In this document: in pieces, positions 29,023-42,503 of the stretch
Numbering within the stretch: position 1 is the stretch's first letter
Layout: each line of letters opens with the position of its first letter
Assembly: GCA_963804955.1 (NCBI GenBank)
Contig: CAWDSQ010000030.1
Coordinates: 192,001-256,000, forward strand
DNA length: 64,000 nucleotides
From: an uncultured delta proteobacterium
GTDB lineage: Bacteria; Desulfobacterota; WTBG01; CAIYCZ01; CAIRTM01
Reading direction: 5' to 3'
Translations under genes and position numbers: made by a program
Notes under the pieces: model-generated
The model's input: the letters and a program-made list of their open reading frames with translations, nothing else
Told to the model about the DNA's origin: nothing
Databases searched by the model: none

Positions 29023-29547
29023 GTGGGTAGACGAGAACGAGAAGAAGCAGTAGCAGTACTGTCAAAACGGGTTCAGGATACAAAAGGCCTGATTGTGCTT
29101 GACTATCAGGGATTGAATGTTGAAAAGGTGACGAGCCTTCGCAAGCAGATTCGTGAAGCAGGCTGCGAGATGAAGGTTGCCAAAAACACACTCATGCGGC
29201 TGGCCACAAAGGACACCGTGTTCGAGCCTCTGCATGATCAGCTCGTAGGGCAGATGGCCGTTACCTTCATCGACGGTGATCCTGCGATGGTGGCGAAAGT
29301 TATTACAAAATTTCTCAAGGATAACCCCGATACGCCGCTGAAGGTTAAATCGGGCATGCTTGAAAAAATGGTGCTTAACCAAAAGGCTATTGAGCAGTTG
29401 GGTAATTTGCCGAGCCGCGAGGTGCTGCTCGGGCAACTGCTTGGCACGATTGCCGCACCGCTTACGGGTTTTGTGACCGTCCTCTCAGATATTCCGCGCA
29501 AATTCCTGAGAGTGCTGATGGCCATTAAAGATACAAAGAGCAATTAA
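29023..29547 (+). CDS. rplJ: 50S ribosomal protein L10
   Basis: VAKNTL, LPSREVL; start at 29014 or 29023. Confidence 0.95.
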   Translation: MGRREREEAVAVLSKRVQDTKGLIVLDYQGLNVEKVTSLRKQIREAGCEMKVAKNTLMRLATKDTVFEPLHDQLVGQMAVTFIDGDPAMVAKVITKFLKDNPDTPLKVKSGMLEKMVLNQKAIEQLGNLPSREVLLGQLLGTIAAPLTGFVTVLSDIPRKFLRVLMAIKDTKSN

Positions 29548-29590
29548 CTTGAATCCATGTAACATTTAAACGTTTTAGGAGGTCATGACA

Positions 29591-29980
29591 ATGGCAGAGA
29601 TTACGAAAGACGAAGTGGTCAAGTTCATCGAAAATATGACAGTGCTTGAACTTGCTAACCTGATCAAGGAACTTGAAGATAAGTTCGGCGTTTCGGCCGC
29701 AGCTGTTGCTGCACCTATGGCTATGGCCATGGCCGGCGCAGCGGGCGCTGCCGCTCCGGCGGAAGAAAAGACGGAATTTGATGTCATCTTAACCAATGCT
29801 GGTGAAAAGCGCATCAATGTTATTAAGGCCGTCCGCGAAATTACCAACCTGGGACTTAAAGAAGCCAAGGACTTTGTCGATGCTTTACCCAAGGCCGTTA
29901 AGGAAGCGGTGTCGAAAAACGAAGCTGAAGACATTAAAAAGAAGCTTGAAGAAGCCGGTGCCACAGCAGAGGTAAAGTAG
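29591..29980 (+). CDS. rplL: 50S ribosomal protein L7/L12
   Basis: [15 protein letters not shown]. Confidence 0.98.
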   Translation: MAEITKDEVVKFIENMTVLELANLIKELEDKFGVSAAAVAAPMAMAMAGAAGAAAPAEEKTEFDVILTNAGEKRINVIKAVREITNLGLKEAKDFVDALPKAVKEAVSKNEAEDIKKKLEEAGATAEVK

Positions 29981-30071
29981 TCTGCAGTTCGGGAATGACC
30001 GTACGTAACTGGCGCTATGATTGGGCAGAACATTTGTGCTGCCCATTTTCATTACAACAATGGGGTGTTGC

Positions 30072-33000
30072 ATGAGCAAAATTGGTGCACATAAACTGCG
30101 CTTTCGGAAGAACTTCGAGAAAATACCGGATATCATGAAGATCCCGAATCTGATTGATATCCAGAAAAAGTCCTACGAGAGTTTTTTGCAGCAGCACGTG
30201 CCGACGGAGCTGCGCGCAAACAGCGGCCTGCAGTGGGTGTTTAAGAGTGTTTTTCCCATAAAAAATTATAATGAAACGTCGTCTCTTGAATTTGTAAGCT
30301 ATGGCCTTGGCACGCCTAAATACGATATCGACGAGTGCCGTCAAAAGGAGCTTACCTATGCTTCTCCCCTCAAAGTGCTTATTCGTCTGGTGAATTATGA
30401 CCCTGAAACGAAAAATATCCGCGATATAAAAGAGCAGGAGGTCTATTTCGGGGAAATACCCCTGATGACCGAGACGGGCACGTTTGTCATCAACGGCACT
30501 GAACGGGTTGTTGTCAGCCAGCTGCATCGTTCCCCCGGCGTTTTTTATGATCATGATAAAGGCAAAAACCTTTCGAGCGGCAAGTTTCTCTATTCTGCAC
30601 GCCTGATACCGAGTCGCGGCTCCTGGATTGATCTTGAGTATGACTCCAAGGACATCATCTATGTGCGTATTGACCGCCGCCGCAAGTTTCCTGTCACGGT
30701 GCTTCTGAAGGCGCTCGGGTTCAGCAAAGAAGAACTGCTGCACTACTTCTATACTGTTGATGATGTGGTTGTTGAAGATGGCAAGCTGCGGCGCAGTATC
30801 CGTTCGCCCTTTTTTGAAGGCAGGGCGCATGGAGAAATTGTCCATGCAAAAACAAAGGCCGTCATCGTCAAGAAGGACAAGAAAATTACGCGGGCGCTTG
30901 CGAGGAAAATTCACGAGGCGGGAATCGAGTTCATCCCTGTGCTCCCGGAAGAGCTCAAAGACCTTATTGTTGCCGCCGATGTGCTGGATCCGCAGACGGG
31001 CGAGGTTGTTGCGGCCTGCAATGACGTGATCACCGATGAGATTCTGGCTGCTATCATGCAGCGGGGCATAAAGAATTTCAAGATTCTTTTTATCGACAAC
31101 CTGCATATTGATGCATCATTGCGGGAGACGCTTCTGCTGGATAAAGCCAAGTCCGCTGATGATGCCATTGTTGAAATCTATAAGCGGCTTCGCCCCAATG
31201 ATCCGCCGAGTCAGGAAAGCGCAAATCTTTTTTTCCACAAGCTTTTTTTCGACCAGGAGTATTATGAGTTAACCGAGGTCGGACGTATTAAAATCAACCA
31301 CCGCCTCAATCGCAAAACTCCGCTGGACATGCAGGTCCTTACCAAGGAGGACATCCTTGAGACCGTGCGCCTGCTGATTGAAATCAAGAACGGCCGCGGT
31401 GTGGTCGACGACATAGACCATCTGGGCAATCGCCGCGTACGAACGGTCGGCGAGCTGATAGAAAACCATTACCGCATCGGACTGGTGCGCATGGAGCGCG
31501 CTATTAAAGAGCGCATGAGTCTGCAGGAAATCGAAACGCTCATGCCCAATGACCTGGTGAATTCCAAGATGGTGTCTGCCGTCATTAAGGAGTTTTTCGG
31601 GTCAAGCCAGCTTTCTCAGTTCATGGATCAGACAAATCCTCTTGCTGAAATCACCCATAAACGGCGCCTGAGTGCGCTTGGCCCCGGCGGGCTTACCCGG
31701 GAGCGTGCGGGTTTTGAGGTGCGTGACGTTCATCCCACGCACTACGGCCGCATCTGCCCGATCGAAACGCCGGAAGGACCCAATATCGGCCTCATCGCAT
31801 CGCTGTCAACCTATGCCCGCGTGAACGGGTACGGTTTCATTGAAACGCCCTACCGCAAGGTTGAGAAGGGGCGCGTGACCGATACCATCAGTTTTCTCAC
31901 AGCCCTTGATGAGGAAGAATACAGCATTGCGCAGGCCAATGCTCCTGTTGATGACAAGGGGCGTTTTAAAAACGCCCTGATACCCGCGCGCAAAGGCGGC
32001 GAGTTTGTCATGGCGGCAGCTGAAGAGGTGCAGTACATGGACGTATCGCCCAAGCAGCTCGTCAGCGTGGCAGCATCGCTCATTCCATTTCTTGAAAATG
32101 ATGACGCCAACCGGGCGCTTATGGGCTCCAATATGCAGCGTCAGGCTGTTCCTCTTTTGTGCACCGAGGCGCCCCTTGTCGGAACGGGCATGGAGGGCTG
32201 CACCGCCCGGGATTCTGGCGTGGCAGTGGTTGCCCGCAGAAGCGGCACGGTACGAAGCGTTGATGCCGATCGCATTGTTATCAAGCATGATGACGATGAT
32301 GCCCGCATCGGCTCTGATGTCGATATTTATAAGCTTACCAAGTACCGCCGGTCCAACCAGAACACCTGCCTTAACCAGCATCCGATTGTGGACGTCGGCG
32401 ATTACGTTGAAGCCGGAGATATCGTGGCGGATGGCCCGTCGACAGAAATGGGTGAGCTGGCCCTTGGCCGCAATGTGCTTGTAGCGTTTATGCCATGGGG
32501 CGGGTACAATTTTGAAGATTCGATACTGGTGAGTGAAAAGCTTATTCGTGAAGACAGCTTTACCTCGATACATATTGAAGAATTTGAGGTTCTTGCCCGC
32601 GATACCAAGCTTGGCAAGGAAGAAATTACCCGGGATATCCCCAATGTCGGCGAAGATATGCTCAGCAATCTTGATGAAAGCGGCATAATCAGAATCGGGG
32701 CAGAGGTGAAGACCGGCGATATTCTTGTCGGGAAGATAACGCCAAAGGGCGAGACGCAGCTCTCGCCCGAAGAAAAGCTGCTGCGCGCTATTTTCGGCGA
32801 AAAGGCGCGTGATGTTCAGGATACATCGCTGCGCGTACCAACGGGCGTTGTCGGGACGGTTATCAGCGTTAATATTTTTTCACGCAAAGGGGCTGACAAG
32901 GACGAGCGGACCCGATCCATCGAGGATGAGGAGCGCGCCCGTATTTTGAAGGATCAGGAGGATGAGATCCGTATCTTGCGTGAGAGCATCAATAAGCGAT

Positions 33001-34177
33001 TGAAGAAACTGCTGATTGGCAGAGCCTGCGCCAAAAAGTACTTACTGATGAGAAAAAGGGCAAGGTGATTTTCAACAAGAATCAGGTGTTTACGGAAGCC
33101 GATGTTGATTCAATGCCGATCAATAAGTGGCTGCATATCCCTATCGCCAACGGCGATGATGTTTCAGACAAGATACAGAAGCTCAAGGAAGGGCTTGATG
33201 AGCAGATTAATCTCATTAAAATGATCTTTGATGAAAAGATAGAGAAAATCAAGCGGGGCGACGAGCTGCCTCCGGGCGTCATTAAGATGGTGAAGGTCAA
33301 TCTTGCCGTGAAGCGCAAGCTTGCTGTGGGAGACAAGATGGCCGGGCGCCACGGCAACAAGGGCGTTCTCTCGCGCATACTGCCCATTGAAGACATGCCG
33401 TACATGGCAGACGGCAGGGCTGTTGACATCGTGCTCAATCCGCTGGGCGTTCCTTCGCGCATGAATGTGGGCCAGATACTTGAAACGCATCTGGGATGGG
33501 CAGCACGGGGGATTGGCGAAAAGATCGAGGCTATGGCGCAGTCGGGAATAAGCCCTGCAAAGATTAAGGAAAAGCTCAGGGAAGTCTATGGGAGCCGCGA
33601 CATTTCAAAACTGATCGACAAGCTGACGGATGAACAGGTTGTGTCGCTTGCCAGAAAGCTCGGTCGCGGCATCCACACGGCAAGCCCTGTTTTTGACGGG
33701 GCCAAAGAGGACCAGATCAATAAATCCCTTGAAGACGGGGGGCTGCCTCTCAGCGGCCAGACCGTGCTTTTCGACGGCCGTACCGGTATTCCGTTTGATA
33801 AGGATGTCACCGTCGGCATTATCTATATGCTGAAACTGCACCATCTTGTTGATGATAAAATTCATGCGCGATCTATCGGCACCTATTCGCTCGTGACCCA
33901 GCAACCCCTGGGCGGCAAGGCGCAGTTTGGCGGCCAGAGACTTGGTGAAATGGAAGTGTGGGCTCTGGAAGCATACGGTGCGGCCCATACGTTGCAGGAA
34001 CTGCTCACCCTCAAGTCCGATGATGTGTTTGGCAGAACCAAACTGTATGAAAATATTGTCAAGGGAGATCGCGATATAATGCCGTCTATCCCGGAATCTT
34101 TTAATGTTCTCGTCAAGGAACTGCAGAGCCTTTGCCTTGATGTGCAGTTTATTGAAGCAGAGAAAAAAGAAATTTAA
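30072..34177 (+). CDS. rpoB: RNA polymerase beta subunit (single frameshift near 33035)
   Basis: [30 protein letters not shown]. Adding one A to the A-run in GCCAAAAAGTACTT joins the two ORFs. Confidence 0.97.
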
Positions 34178-34200
34178 TAATCCATTTAAAAGGTGAATTT

Positions 34201-37200
34201 ATGAATGGATTTTTTTCACTCCATCAGACACAGTCACGCGCAGTAGACAGTTTTGACGCTTTAAAGATTTCTATCGCATCAGCTGAAACCATTCGAAGCT
34301 GGTCCAACGGTGAAGTCAAGAAGCCGGAAACCATCAATTACAGAACATTTAAGCCCGAGCGTGACGGCCTGTTCTGCGCAAAGATTTTCGGGCCGGTAAA
34401 GGATTATGAGTGCAACTGCGGCAAGTATAAGCGGCTGAAGCACCGCGGGATTGTCTGCGAGAAATGCGGCGTTGAGGTTATCGCCTCCTTTGTCCGGCGT
34501 GAGCGGCTTGGCCATATTGAGCTTGCCTGCCCCGTAGCGCATATCTGGTTTTTGCGCAGTCTTCCAAGCCGCATTGGCACACTGCTCGACATGACGCTGC
34601 GCTCCCTTGAGAAAGTACTGTATTTCGAGTCATTTGTGGTTATTGACCCGAAAAAATCATCCTATAAGATGGGAGATCTTCTGGACGATGATGCTTTGCG
34701 CAAAGCAAAGTATGAACTTCATGAGGATTTCGAGGCCGGGATGGGCGCTGAAGCCATCAGGGCGCTGCTTCGCAGGCTTGATCTTGAAGCGCTTTCAGCC
34801 CAGATGCGCGAAGAGATTTTGCTCACCTCATCAGAGGCAAAGAAGAAAAAGCTCGCTAAGCGCCTTCGCATTGTTGAGGCATTTCGCCTGTCCGGCAATA
34901 AACCGGAGTGGATGATCCTTGAGGTTGTTCCTGTAATCCCGCCTGATCTGCGGCCGCTTGTGCCCCTTGACGGCGGTCGTTTTGCAACCTCTGATCTCAA
35001 TGACCTGTATCGCAGAGTTATCAACAGAAATAACCGGCTCAAAAAGCTTCTTGAGCTTGACGCTCCCGAGATTATCATTCGAAACGAAAAACGCATGCTG
35101 CAGGAGGCTGTGGATGTTCTGTTTGATAACGGCCGCCGCGGCAAGGTCCTTACCGGGCGCAATAAGCGGCCGCTCAAGTCCCTCAGCGACATGCTCAAAG
35201 GCAAGCAGGGCCGTTTTCGTCAGAATCTGCTCGGTAAGCGTGTTGATTATTCGGGACGAACCGTTATTGTCATAGGCCCGGAACTCCGGCTTCATCAGTG
35301 CGGGTTGCCCAAGCGCATGGCCATTGAGCTTTTTAAGCCTTTTGTCTACAACCTGCTGATCATGAAAGGCCATGCCACGACCATCAAAAGCGCAAAGAAA
35401 CTGGTCGAGCGTGAAAGCTCCGAGGTGTGGGATTGCCTTGAAGAGGTCGTGAAGGAATTCCCCGTGATGCTTAACCGTGCACCGACACTGCACCGTCTGG
35501 GAATTCAGGCCTTTGAACCCGTGCTTATCGAAGGAAAAGCCATTCAGCTGCATCCTCTTGTCTGCACAGCATTTAATGCCGATTTTGACGGCGACCAGAT
35601 GGCTGTGCACGTTCCTATTACCATGGAAGCGCAGATTGAGGCGCGGGTTCTTTTGATGTCAACCAACAATATACTCTCGCCTGCCAATGGCAAGCCCATT
35701 ATCATTCCGACGCAGGATATTGTCCTGGGCGTCTATTACATGACCCGCGAGAAAGATATGGCTAAAGGCGAGGACAAGGCCTTTGCAAATCCCGGTGAGG
35801 TCCGCATGGCCTATGATGCAGGCGAAGTGGACCTGCAGGCCCGCATTCGCGTGCGTCTTGATGGCGCGCTTGTAGAAACGACGGTCGGGCGCGTCATCCT
35901 GCGCGAGATTATTCCTCCGGAGATCCCTTTTGCGGTTATCAACCGCGTCATGAATAAAAAGGAGCTCGCCAACCTTGTCGACTACTGCTACCGGTACTGT
36001 GGCGATAAAAAAACAGTTATTCTTTCGGACCAGCTCAAGAATCTCGGCTACAGGTATGCAACACAGTCGGGCATCTCAATTTCCATCAAAGACATGCGGA
36101 TTCCGAAACGCAAGACTGAAATAATTGAAGAAACTCAAAAAGAGGTTCAGGTCATAGATGATCAGCATAAAGAGGGCCTGATAACCACTGGAGAGCGCTA
36201 CAACAAGGTTATTGACATCTGGGCCCGTGTCACCGAGCAGGTGTCCGATGAGATGCTCAACGAGCTTGGCAAGGATGAAGTTAAGGATAAAGAAGGCAAG
36301 CTGAAGCAGTCACAAAGCTTTAATTCCATATATATGATGGCTGATTCGGGTTCCCGCGGCAGTGCTCAGCAGATTCGCCAGCTTGCCGGTATGCGCGGCC
36401 TTATGGCGAAACCGTCGGGAGAAATTATCGAAACGCCCATTACCGCCAATTTCCGTGAAGGCCTCACCGTGCTGCAGTATTTTATTTCGACGCATGGCGC
36501 GCGCAAGGGACTTGCCGATACGGCGCTGAAAACGGCAAACTCGGGCTATTTGACCCGCAGGCTTGTGGATGTCGCGCAGGATTGCGTCATCAATGAATAT
36601 GACTGCGGAACCATTGATGGTATCCCCATGTCATCGCTGGTTGAAGGGGGTGAAATCATAGAGGCTCTCGGAGACCGTTTGCTGGGCCGCGTGAGCCTTG
36701 ATGATGTTATCGATCCTATCACCGGTGAAGTCATTGTCCATAAAAGCGAAGAAGTTGACGAAACTGCTGTCGAAAAGCTGAAAGAGGCGGGCATCGAACA
36801 TGTTCGTATTCGCTCGGTGCTTACGTGTCAGTCAAAGCGCGGCGTGTGCGCTAAATGCTACGGCAGAGATCTTTCCCGCGGCCGCATGGTCAATATCGGC
36901 GAAGCTATCGGTATTATTGCCGCTCAGTCGATCGGCGAACCGGGTACACAGCTGACGATGCGTACCTTCCATATCGGCGGAACAGCCAGCCGGCGTGTCG
37001 CGCAGACAACACTTGAGGCGCAACATGCGGGAACGGTCAAGTACATAAATTTACGCTGTATAACCAATCGCGAAGGCCATATTGTCGTCATGAACCGCAA
37101 TGGGCAAATTGCAATTGTTGACAGCCAGGGCCATGAACGCGAAAAGAACCCGGTAAATTATGGCGCAAAGCTGAGAGTCAAGGAGGGTGATAAGGTTAAA

Positions 37201-38325
37201 AAGGATGAAATTCTGGCTGAATGGGATCCTTTCTCAACGCCAATCCTGGCTGAGGTCAGCGGCATCGTGAAATTTGGTGACCTGATAGAGGGCAACACCT
37301 TTCGTGAACAGGTTGATGAGGTTTCGGGGCTGTCGTCACGGGTTGTTATGGAGTCCAAGGATCCCGACAACCGCCCCCGTATTTCGATTAAGGATGAAAA
37401 AGGCAAAACCATAAAATTGCCCGCTGAAAAAGATCGTGAGGCCAGGTATTTTATGCCGGTCGGGGCTAACATAGTAGCAAATGAAGGCGCCAGGGTTGAG
37501 CCCGGAGACAGTATAGCAAAAATTACGCGTGAAACATCAAAAACCAAGGATATCACGGGCGGATTGCCGCGTGTTGCAGAGCTTTTTGAGGCCCGCAAGC
37601 CTAAGGAAGTGACCGTCATCAGCGACATCGACGGCAATGTTTCCTTCGGCAAGGATGTGAAAGGCAAGCGCAAGGTCATCATTACCCCTCTGGTCACCGA
37701 TGTCGGCGGCCACAAGCTTGAGCCAAAAGAGTATTTGATACCCAAGGGCAAGCATATTAACGTTCATGAGGGCGACAGGGTGCGCGCAGGCGAGCAGATC
37801 ATGAATGGCTTGAGAGATCCCCATGACATCCTCAGGATATTGGGTGAAAAGGAGCTGGCGAAATTTCTGGTCGATGAGGTCCAGGAGGTTTACCGGCTCC
37901 AGGGCGTCAAGATTAATGACAAGCATATTGAAGTCATTGTTCGCCAGATGCTGCAGCGCGTGAAAATAATGGATGTTGGCGATACTAATTTTCTTCTCGG
38001 CGAGCAGGTCGAGAAGATGCGTTTCGAGAATGAAAATGACAAAGTGCGTGAGCGCGGAGGCCAGGTGGCAGTCGCGGAACCCCTTCTTCTTGGTATAACA
38101 AAGGCATCCCTCAGCACGGAAGGTTTTATTTCCGCCGCCTCTTTCCAGGAGACGACCCGCGTGCTGACGCAGGCCGCTATTGAAGGGAAGGTTGACCAGC
38201 TGCGCGGGCTTAAGGAAAACGCAGCCATGGGGAGGTTAATTCCTGCCGGGACCGGGTATCTTGAGTATCGGCAGGCCGACATTGTTGTCGGAGATCAGGT
38301 GCCGTCTGAAGCCGCATCGAAATGA
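34201..38325 (+). CDS. rpoC: RNA polymerase beta' subunit
   Basis: NADFDGD and Zn-binding Cys motifs. Confidence 0.99.
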   Translation: MNGFFSLHQTQSRAVDSFDALKISIASAETIRSWSNGEVKKPETINYRTFKPERDGLFCAKIFGPVKDYECNCGKYKRLKHRGIVCEKCGVEVIASFVRRERLGHIELACPVAHIWFLRSLPSRIGTLLDMTLRSLEKVLYFESFVVIDPKKSSYKMGDLLDDDALRKAKYELHEDFEAGMGAEAIRALLRRLDLEALSAQMREEILLTSSEAKKKKLAKRLRIVEAFRLSGNKPEWMILEVVPVIPPDLRPLVPLDGGRFATSDLNDLYRRVINRNNRLKKLLELDAPEIIIRNEKRMLQEAVDVLFDNGRRGKVLTGRNKRPLKSLSDMLKGKQGRFRQNLLGKRVDYSGRTVIVIGPELRLHQCGLPKRMAIELFKPFVYNLLIMKGHATTIKSAKKLVERESSEVWDCLEEVVKEFPVMLNRAPTLHRLGIQAFEPVLIEGKAIQLHPLVCTAFNADFDGDQMAVHVPITMEAQIEARVLLMSTNNILSPANGKPIIIPTQDIVLGVYYMTREKDMAKGEDKAFANPGEVRMAYDAGEVDLQARIRVRLDGALVETTVGRVILREIIPPEIPFAVINRVMNKKELANLVDYCYRYCGDKKTVILSDQLKNLGYRYATQSGISISIKDMRIPKRKTEIIEETQKEVQVIDDQHKEGLITTGERYNKVIDIWARVTEQVSDEMLNELGKDEVKDKEGKLKQSQSFNSIYMMADSGSRGSAQQIRQLAGMRGLMAKPSGEIIETPITANFREGLTVLQYFISTHGARKGLADTALKTANSGYLTRRLVDVAQDCVINEYDCGTIDGIPMSSLVEGGEIIEALGDRLLGRVSLDDVIDPITGEVIVHKSEEVDETAVEKLKEAGIEHVRIRSVLTCQSKRGVCAKCYGRDLSRGRMVNIGEAIGIIAAQSIGEPGTQLTMRTFHIGGTASRRVAQTTLEAQHAGTVKYINLRCITNREGHIVVMNRNGQIAIVDSQGHEREKNPVNYGAKLRVKEGDKVKKDEILAEWDPFSTPILAEVSGIVKFGDLIEGNTFREQVDEVSGLSSRVVMESKDPDNRPRISIKDEKGKTIKLPAEKDREARYFMPVGANIVANEGARVEPGDSIAKITRETSKTKDITGGLPRVAELFEARKPKEVTVISDIDGNVSFGKDVKGKRKVIITPLVTDVGGHKLEPKEYLIPKGKHINVHEGDRVRAGEQIMNGLRDPHDILRILGEKELAKFLVDEVQEVYRLQGVKINDKHIEVIVRQMLQRVKIMDVGDTNFLLGEQVEKMRFENENDKVRERGGQVAVAEPLLLGITKASLSTEGFISAASFQETTRVLTQAAIEGKVDQLRGLKENAAMGRLIPAGTGYLEYRQADIVVGDQVPSEAASK

Positions 38326-38370
38326 TTTCCGCGAATTGCACAAAAATAAATGGTTTTATCGTTTTTGTAA

Positions 38371-38397
38371 TTGACAGAATTTTGTACGTATGATAAT
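38371..38397 (+). promoter_or_regulatory. Candidate sigma70 promoter of the str operon
   Basis: TTGACA at 38371, TATGATAAT at 38389-38397; spacing short of optimal. Confidence 0.45.
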
Positions 38398-38436
38398 TAA
38401 GTTTCTTTAATTTGCTAATGTTGTTTAGAGGAACAT

Positions 38437-38811
38437 ATGCCGACAATTAATCAGCTTTGCACTCAGGGTCGACAGCCGACAAAGTACAAAACCAAATCGC
38501 CTGCTCTCAAAGAGTGCCCCCAAAAGCGTGGTGTATGCACGCGCGTTTATACCACGACCCCGAAAAAGCCCAACTCGGCGCTTCGCAAGGTGGCCCGTGT
38601 CCGTTTAACCAGCGGCGTTGAAGTTACCGCTTATATCCCCGGTGAGGGGCATAATCTCCAGGAGCACTCCGTGGTGCTTGTGCGTGGCGGGCGAGTCAAA
38701 GATCTTCCCGGTGTGCGCTATCATATAGTGCGCGGCACACTGGATGCGTCCGGTGTTGACAAGCGGCGGCAGAGTCGTTCCAAATATGGCGCAAAAAGAC
38801 CAAAGAAGTAA
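38437..38811 (+). CDS. rpsL: 30S ribosomal protein S12
   Basis: [18 protein letters not shown]. Confidence 0.99.
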   Translation: MPTINQLCTQGRQPTKYKTKSPALKECPQKRGVCTRVYTTTPKKPNSALRKVARVRLTSGVEVTAYIPGEGHNLQEHSVVLVRGGRVKDLPGVRYHIVRGTLDASGVDKRRQSRSKYGAKRPKK

Positions 38812-38838
38812 TACAGTCTTAGTAATGGAGTTGACAGT

Positions 38839-39309
38839 ATGGCCAGACGTCGTGAAGCAGTAAAGCGAGAGAATCTTCCAGATCCCCGGTACAATGATGT
38901 AACGGTTGCACGTTTTATCAACAGGATTATGCAGTGCGGCAAGAAAAGCGTTGCAGAAGCTATCGTGTATGGCAGCTTTGATGTGATCAAGGAAAAGATA
39001 GGCAAAGATCCTCTTGAAACCTTCAAGGCGGCTCTGAATAATGTACGGCCTGCCGTTGAAACAAAATCGCGCAGAATCGGCGGCGCGAACTATCAGGTGC
39101 CCATTGAGGTCAGGCCTGAACGGCAGATGGCCCTTGCCATGCGCTGGATTATAGGATACTCCCGCGGGCGATCTGAAAAGACCATGGGGGAGAAGCTGGC
39201 CGGCGAGTTGATGGACGCGATTAATAATCGGGGCAATTCGGTCAAGAAAAAGGAAGATACCCATAAAATGGCCGCCGCCAATAAGGCATTTGCGCATTAC
39301 CGGTGGTAG
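38839..39309 (+). CDS. rpsG: 30S ribosomal protein S7
   Basis: [21 protein letters not shown]. Confidence 0.99.
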   Translation: MARRREAVKRENLPDPRYNDVTVARFINRIMQCGKKSVAEAIVYGSFDVIKEKIGKDPLETFKAALNNVRPAVETKSRRIGGANYQVPIEVRPERQMALAMRWIIGYSRGRSEKTMGEKLAGELMDAINNRGNSVKKKEDTHKMAAANKAFAHYRW

Positions 39310-39333
39310 TCGGGGAATTTTAGGAGGATAGCG

Positions 39334-40530
39334 ATGGCAAAGAAGAAATTCGAGAGAACCAAGCCGCATGTGAATATAGGGACGATCGGGCACGTTGATC
39401 ACGGCAAGACGACGCTGACCTCGGCAATCACGAGATATCTGGCTATGAAGGGCCAGGCGGCGAAGATGGATTTTGATCAGATCGACAAGGCGCCGGAGGA
39501 GAAAGAGCGCGGGGTTACGATATCGATAGCGCACATTGAGTATGAGACAACAAAGAGGCACTATGCGCATATCGACTGTCCGGGCCATGCTGATTATATA
39601 AAGAACATGATAACGGGCGCAGCGCAGATGGACGGCGCGGTGCTGGTCGTGAGCGCGGCTGACGGGCCGATGCCCCAGACGCGGGAGCACATACTGCTTG
39701 CCCGTCAGGTGCGCGTGCCGAGCATGGTGGTATTTCTGAACAAAGTTGACATGGTGGATGATCCCGAGCTGCTGGAGCTGGTTGATCTTGAGATACGGGA
39801 GCTGTTGAGCAAGTATGAGTTTCCGGGCGATGATACGCCGATTATTAAGGGAAGCGCGTTGAAGGCAATGCAGGCCCCTGAGGATGTAAAGCTTGATGAG
39901 TACAAGTGCATCCAGGAGCTGCTTGATGCCTGCGACAGTTTTATACCTGATCCGGTGCGGGACATTGACAAGCCGTTTCTGATGCCGGTGGAGGACGTGT
40001 TCACGATATCGGGCCGTGGAACGGTTGTGACGGGCAGGATTGAGCGCGGCCTGGTGAAGGTGAACGAGGAAGTTGAGATCGTGGGTTTTCGGGATACGCA
40101 GAAGACGGTGTGTACGGGCGTGGAGATGTTCCGCAAGATTCTTGATCAGGGGCAGGCAGGAGATAATGTCGGGCTGCTGCTGCGGGGCACCAAGCGTGAT
40201 GATGTAGAGCGGGGGCAGGTCGTGGCAAAGCCGGGATCGATAACGCCGCATACGAAGTTCAAGGCGCAGGTGTATATTCTGGGCAAGGAAGAGGGCGGGA
40301 GGCATACGCCTTTTTTCAATAATTACCGGCCGCAGTTTTACTTTCGGACGACGGATGTGACCGGGATGGTGCATCTGCCCGAAGGCGTCGAGATGGTGAT
40401 GCCGGGAGACAATGTGGCAATGGAAGTGGAGCTTATCACGCCGATAGCGATGGAGAAGGAACTGCGCTTTGCGATACGCGAAGGCGGCAGAACGGTTGGC
40501 GCCGGCGTTATCAGTGATATAATTGCATAA
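39334..40530 (+). CDS. tuf: Elongation factor Tu (copy 2)
   Basis: Near-identical to 25509-26705. Confidence 0.99.
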   Translation: MAKKKFERTKPHVNIGTIGHVDHGKTTLTSAITRYLAMKGQAAKMDFDQIDKAPEEKERGVTISIAHIEYETTKRHYAHIDCPGHADYIKNMITGAAQMDGAVLVVSAADGPMPQTREHILLARQVRVPSMVVFLNKVDMVDDPELLELVDLEIRELLSKYEFPGDDTPIIKGSALKAMQAPEDVKLDEYKCIQELLDACDSFIPDPVRDIDKPFLMPVEDVFTISGRGTVVTGRIERGLVKVNEEVEIVGFRDTQKTVCTGVEMFRKILDQGQAGDNVGLLLRGTKRDDVERGQVVAKPGSITPHTKFKAQVYILGKEEGGRHTPFFNNYRPQFYFRTTDVTGMVHLPEGVEMVMPGDNVAMEVELITPIAMEKELRFAIREGGRTVGAGVISDIIA

Positions 40531-40547
40531 GTAGGAAACTGACGTTT

Positions 40548-40877
40548 ATGAAAAAAGTTGATGCTCTTGGAGAAAACCAGAAGATACGAATACGCCTGAA
40601 AGCGTATGATCATAGACTTTTGGATCAATCTGTGGTTGAGATCGTTGATACGGCGAAGAGAACCGGTGCACGGGTAGTAGGGCCGATTCCGCTGCCGACA
40701 GTCATAAACAAATACTGCGTTCTCCGCTCTCCGCACGTTGATAAGAAATCCCGGGAGCAGTTTGAGATGAGAACTCACAAGCGGCTGCTGGATATTCATG
40801 AGCCAACCGAACAGACAGTTGATGCCCTCATGAAGCTTGATCTTTCCGCAGGCGTTGACGTTGAAATTAAGCTCTAA
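40548..40877 (+). CDS. rpsJ: 30S ribosomal protein S10
   Basis: [15 protein letters not shown]. Confidence 0.98.
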   Translation: MKKVDALGENQKIRIRLKAYDHRLLDQSVVEIVDTAKRTGARVVGPIPLPTVINKYCVLRSPHVDKKSREQFEMRTHKRLLDIHEPTEQTVDALMKLDLSAGVDVEIKL

Positions 40878-40904
40878 TAACTGAGTTGTTTGGAGATTTA
40901 TACA

Positions 40905-41531
40905 GTGGCACTAGGATTAATCGGTAAAAAACTCGGCATGACACAGGTCTTCTCATCTGAGGGAGAGGTTGTATCCGTGACGGTCATTGAGGCGGGCCCT
41001 TGTGTGGTCATGCAGAAAAAAACCCTCGAAAATGACGGGTACTGTGCTCTTCAGCTCGGCTATGGACAGAAGAAGCTTGAAAAGTTTAATAAGCCGATGC
41101 AGGGGCATTTGAAAAAGGCGGGAGACCAGGGGCTTCGGTATCTCAGGGAATTCCGATTGACAAAAGTAGATGCTTTTACAGTTGGCGACAAGGTGGATCT
41201 TGATATTTTTGAGAGCGGGGAAAAAGTTGAGATTGTTGGTACAACCAAAGGTAAGGGGTTTGCCGGTAATATAAAGCGCTGGGGATTTAACCGGGGGCCT
41301 ATGTCTCACGGATCAAAATTTCACCGGGTTGTTGGTTCGATAGGATCAAGCGCATATCCTTCCCGTGTTTTTAAGGGGAAAAAAATGCCGGGACATCTTG
41401 GCTGTGCCAGTCTTACCCAAAAAAACATCAGGATTGTCGATAAAAAGTCGGATCAGAACATCATTCTTGTGAAGGGCGCTGTTCCCGGGCCCAAAAATGG
41501 AATTATACTTATTTATAAAATGACAGACTAA
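40905..41531 (+). CDS. rplC: 50S ribosomal protein L3
   Basis: GKKLGMTQ, KGKGFAG. Confidence 0.97.
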   Translation: MALGLIGKKLGMTQVFSSEGEVVSVTVIEAGPCVVMQKKTLENDGYCALQLGYGQKKLEKFNKPMQGHLKKAGDQGLRYLREFRLTKVDAFTVGDKVDLDIFESGEKVEIVGTTKGKGFAGNIKRWGFNRGPMSHGSKFHRVVGSIGSSAYPSRVFKGKKMPGHLGCASLTQKNIRIVDKKSDQNIILVKGAVPGPKNGIILIYKMTD

Positions 41532-41553
41532 TTAATGTTCCGGGTATGCTGCT

Positions 41554-42174
41554 ATGACAATGCTTGACGTGTACAATATCAATAAAGAAAAAGTTACTCA
41601 AGTAGAGGTTGACGAGAGAATCTTTGACAGTGAGGTCAAAGAGCATCTTTTTTATGAAATAATAAGGGCTCAGCTGGCTAATCGCCGTTCCGGGACAGCA
41701 TGTACAAAAACCCGTGGTGAGGTAAGCGGCGGCGGCAGAAAACCCTGGAAGCAGAAAGGCACAGGCCGGGCCCGTGCCGGAAGTTCCCGCTCACCAGTAT
41801 GGCGGGGTGGCGGCATATCATTTGGTCCAAAGCCGCGTGACTACAGCTATACGGTGCCGAAAAAAGTCAAAAGAATTGCTCTCTGTTCAGCACTGACAAA
41901 AAAACGCAGAGAAGAAAAGCTGATGATTCTCGATAAGTTTGACCTTTCGGCGATTAAGACCAAGTCGTTTACAAATATTCTGGACAGGCTTGGTAACCAG
42001 CGGGTGCTTATTATTGATGATGATAACCGGAACCTCAGTCTCAGTGCCCGTAATGTACCTCATGTAAAAGTATTGTCGCCGCAGGGCCTCAATTTGTATG
42101 ATATTCTCTACCATGATGGCCTGTATATTACCCTGCCTTGCCTTGAAAAGATTCAGAGGAGACTGGTCGCATGA
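41554..42174 (+). CDS. rplD: 50S ribosomal protein L4
   Basis: [14 protein letters not shown]. Confidence 0.98.
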   Translation: MTMLDVYNINKEKVTQVEVDERIFDSEVKEHLFYEIIRAQLANRRSGTACTKTRGEVSGGGRKPWKQKGTGRARAGSSRSPVWRGGGISFGPKPRDYSYTVPKKVKRIALCSALTKKRREEKLMILDKFDLSAIKTKSFTNILDRLGNQRVLIIDDDNRNLSLSARNVPHVKVLSPQGLNLYDILYHDGLYITLPCLEKIQRRLVA

Positions 42175-42461
42175 AAGAAGTATACGGATGCATTCGAAGG
42201 CCAATCGTAACGGAAAAGAGCAACCTCATCAAAGATATCGCCAATAAAGTCGTGTTTGAAGTTGATACGGTTGCAAATAAGGTTGAGATTAAGAATGCCG
42301 TACAGCAGCTTTTCAAAGTTACGGTTGAGGAAGTCCATGTTATGAACTTTCTTGGTAAGCGTAAACGGGCTGGGCGGATCATCGGTAAAAAACAGGATTG
42401 GAAAAAGGCAATCGTAACTCTGAAAAAAGGCGATAAAATAGAGTTCTTTGAAGGCGTGTAA
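42171..42461 (+). CDS. rplW: 50S ribosomal protein L23
   Basis: [15 protein letters not shown]. Confidence 0.97.
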   Translation: MKEVYGCIRRPIVTEKSNLIKDIANKVVFEVDTVANKVEIKNAVQQLFKVTVEEVHVMNFLGKRKRAGRIIGKKQDWKKAIVTLKKGDKIEFFEGV

Positions 42462-42503
42462 GAATTCTGTAGTCTTATAGGCAATTAATAAACGGAGTTT
42501 AGA

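Noticed and set aside
33030..33070. Naturally split rpoB or programmed frameshift
   Set aside because: One missing A in a homopolymer restores a continuous frame, and similar indels hit many other essential genes.
38605..40374. Long antisense ORFs over tuf (also 25446-26549) and over rpoB, rpoC and rplB
   Set aside because: Shadow ORFs produced by codon bias of conserved genes; no recognisable motifs.
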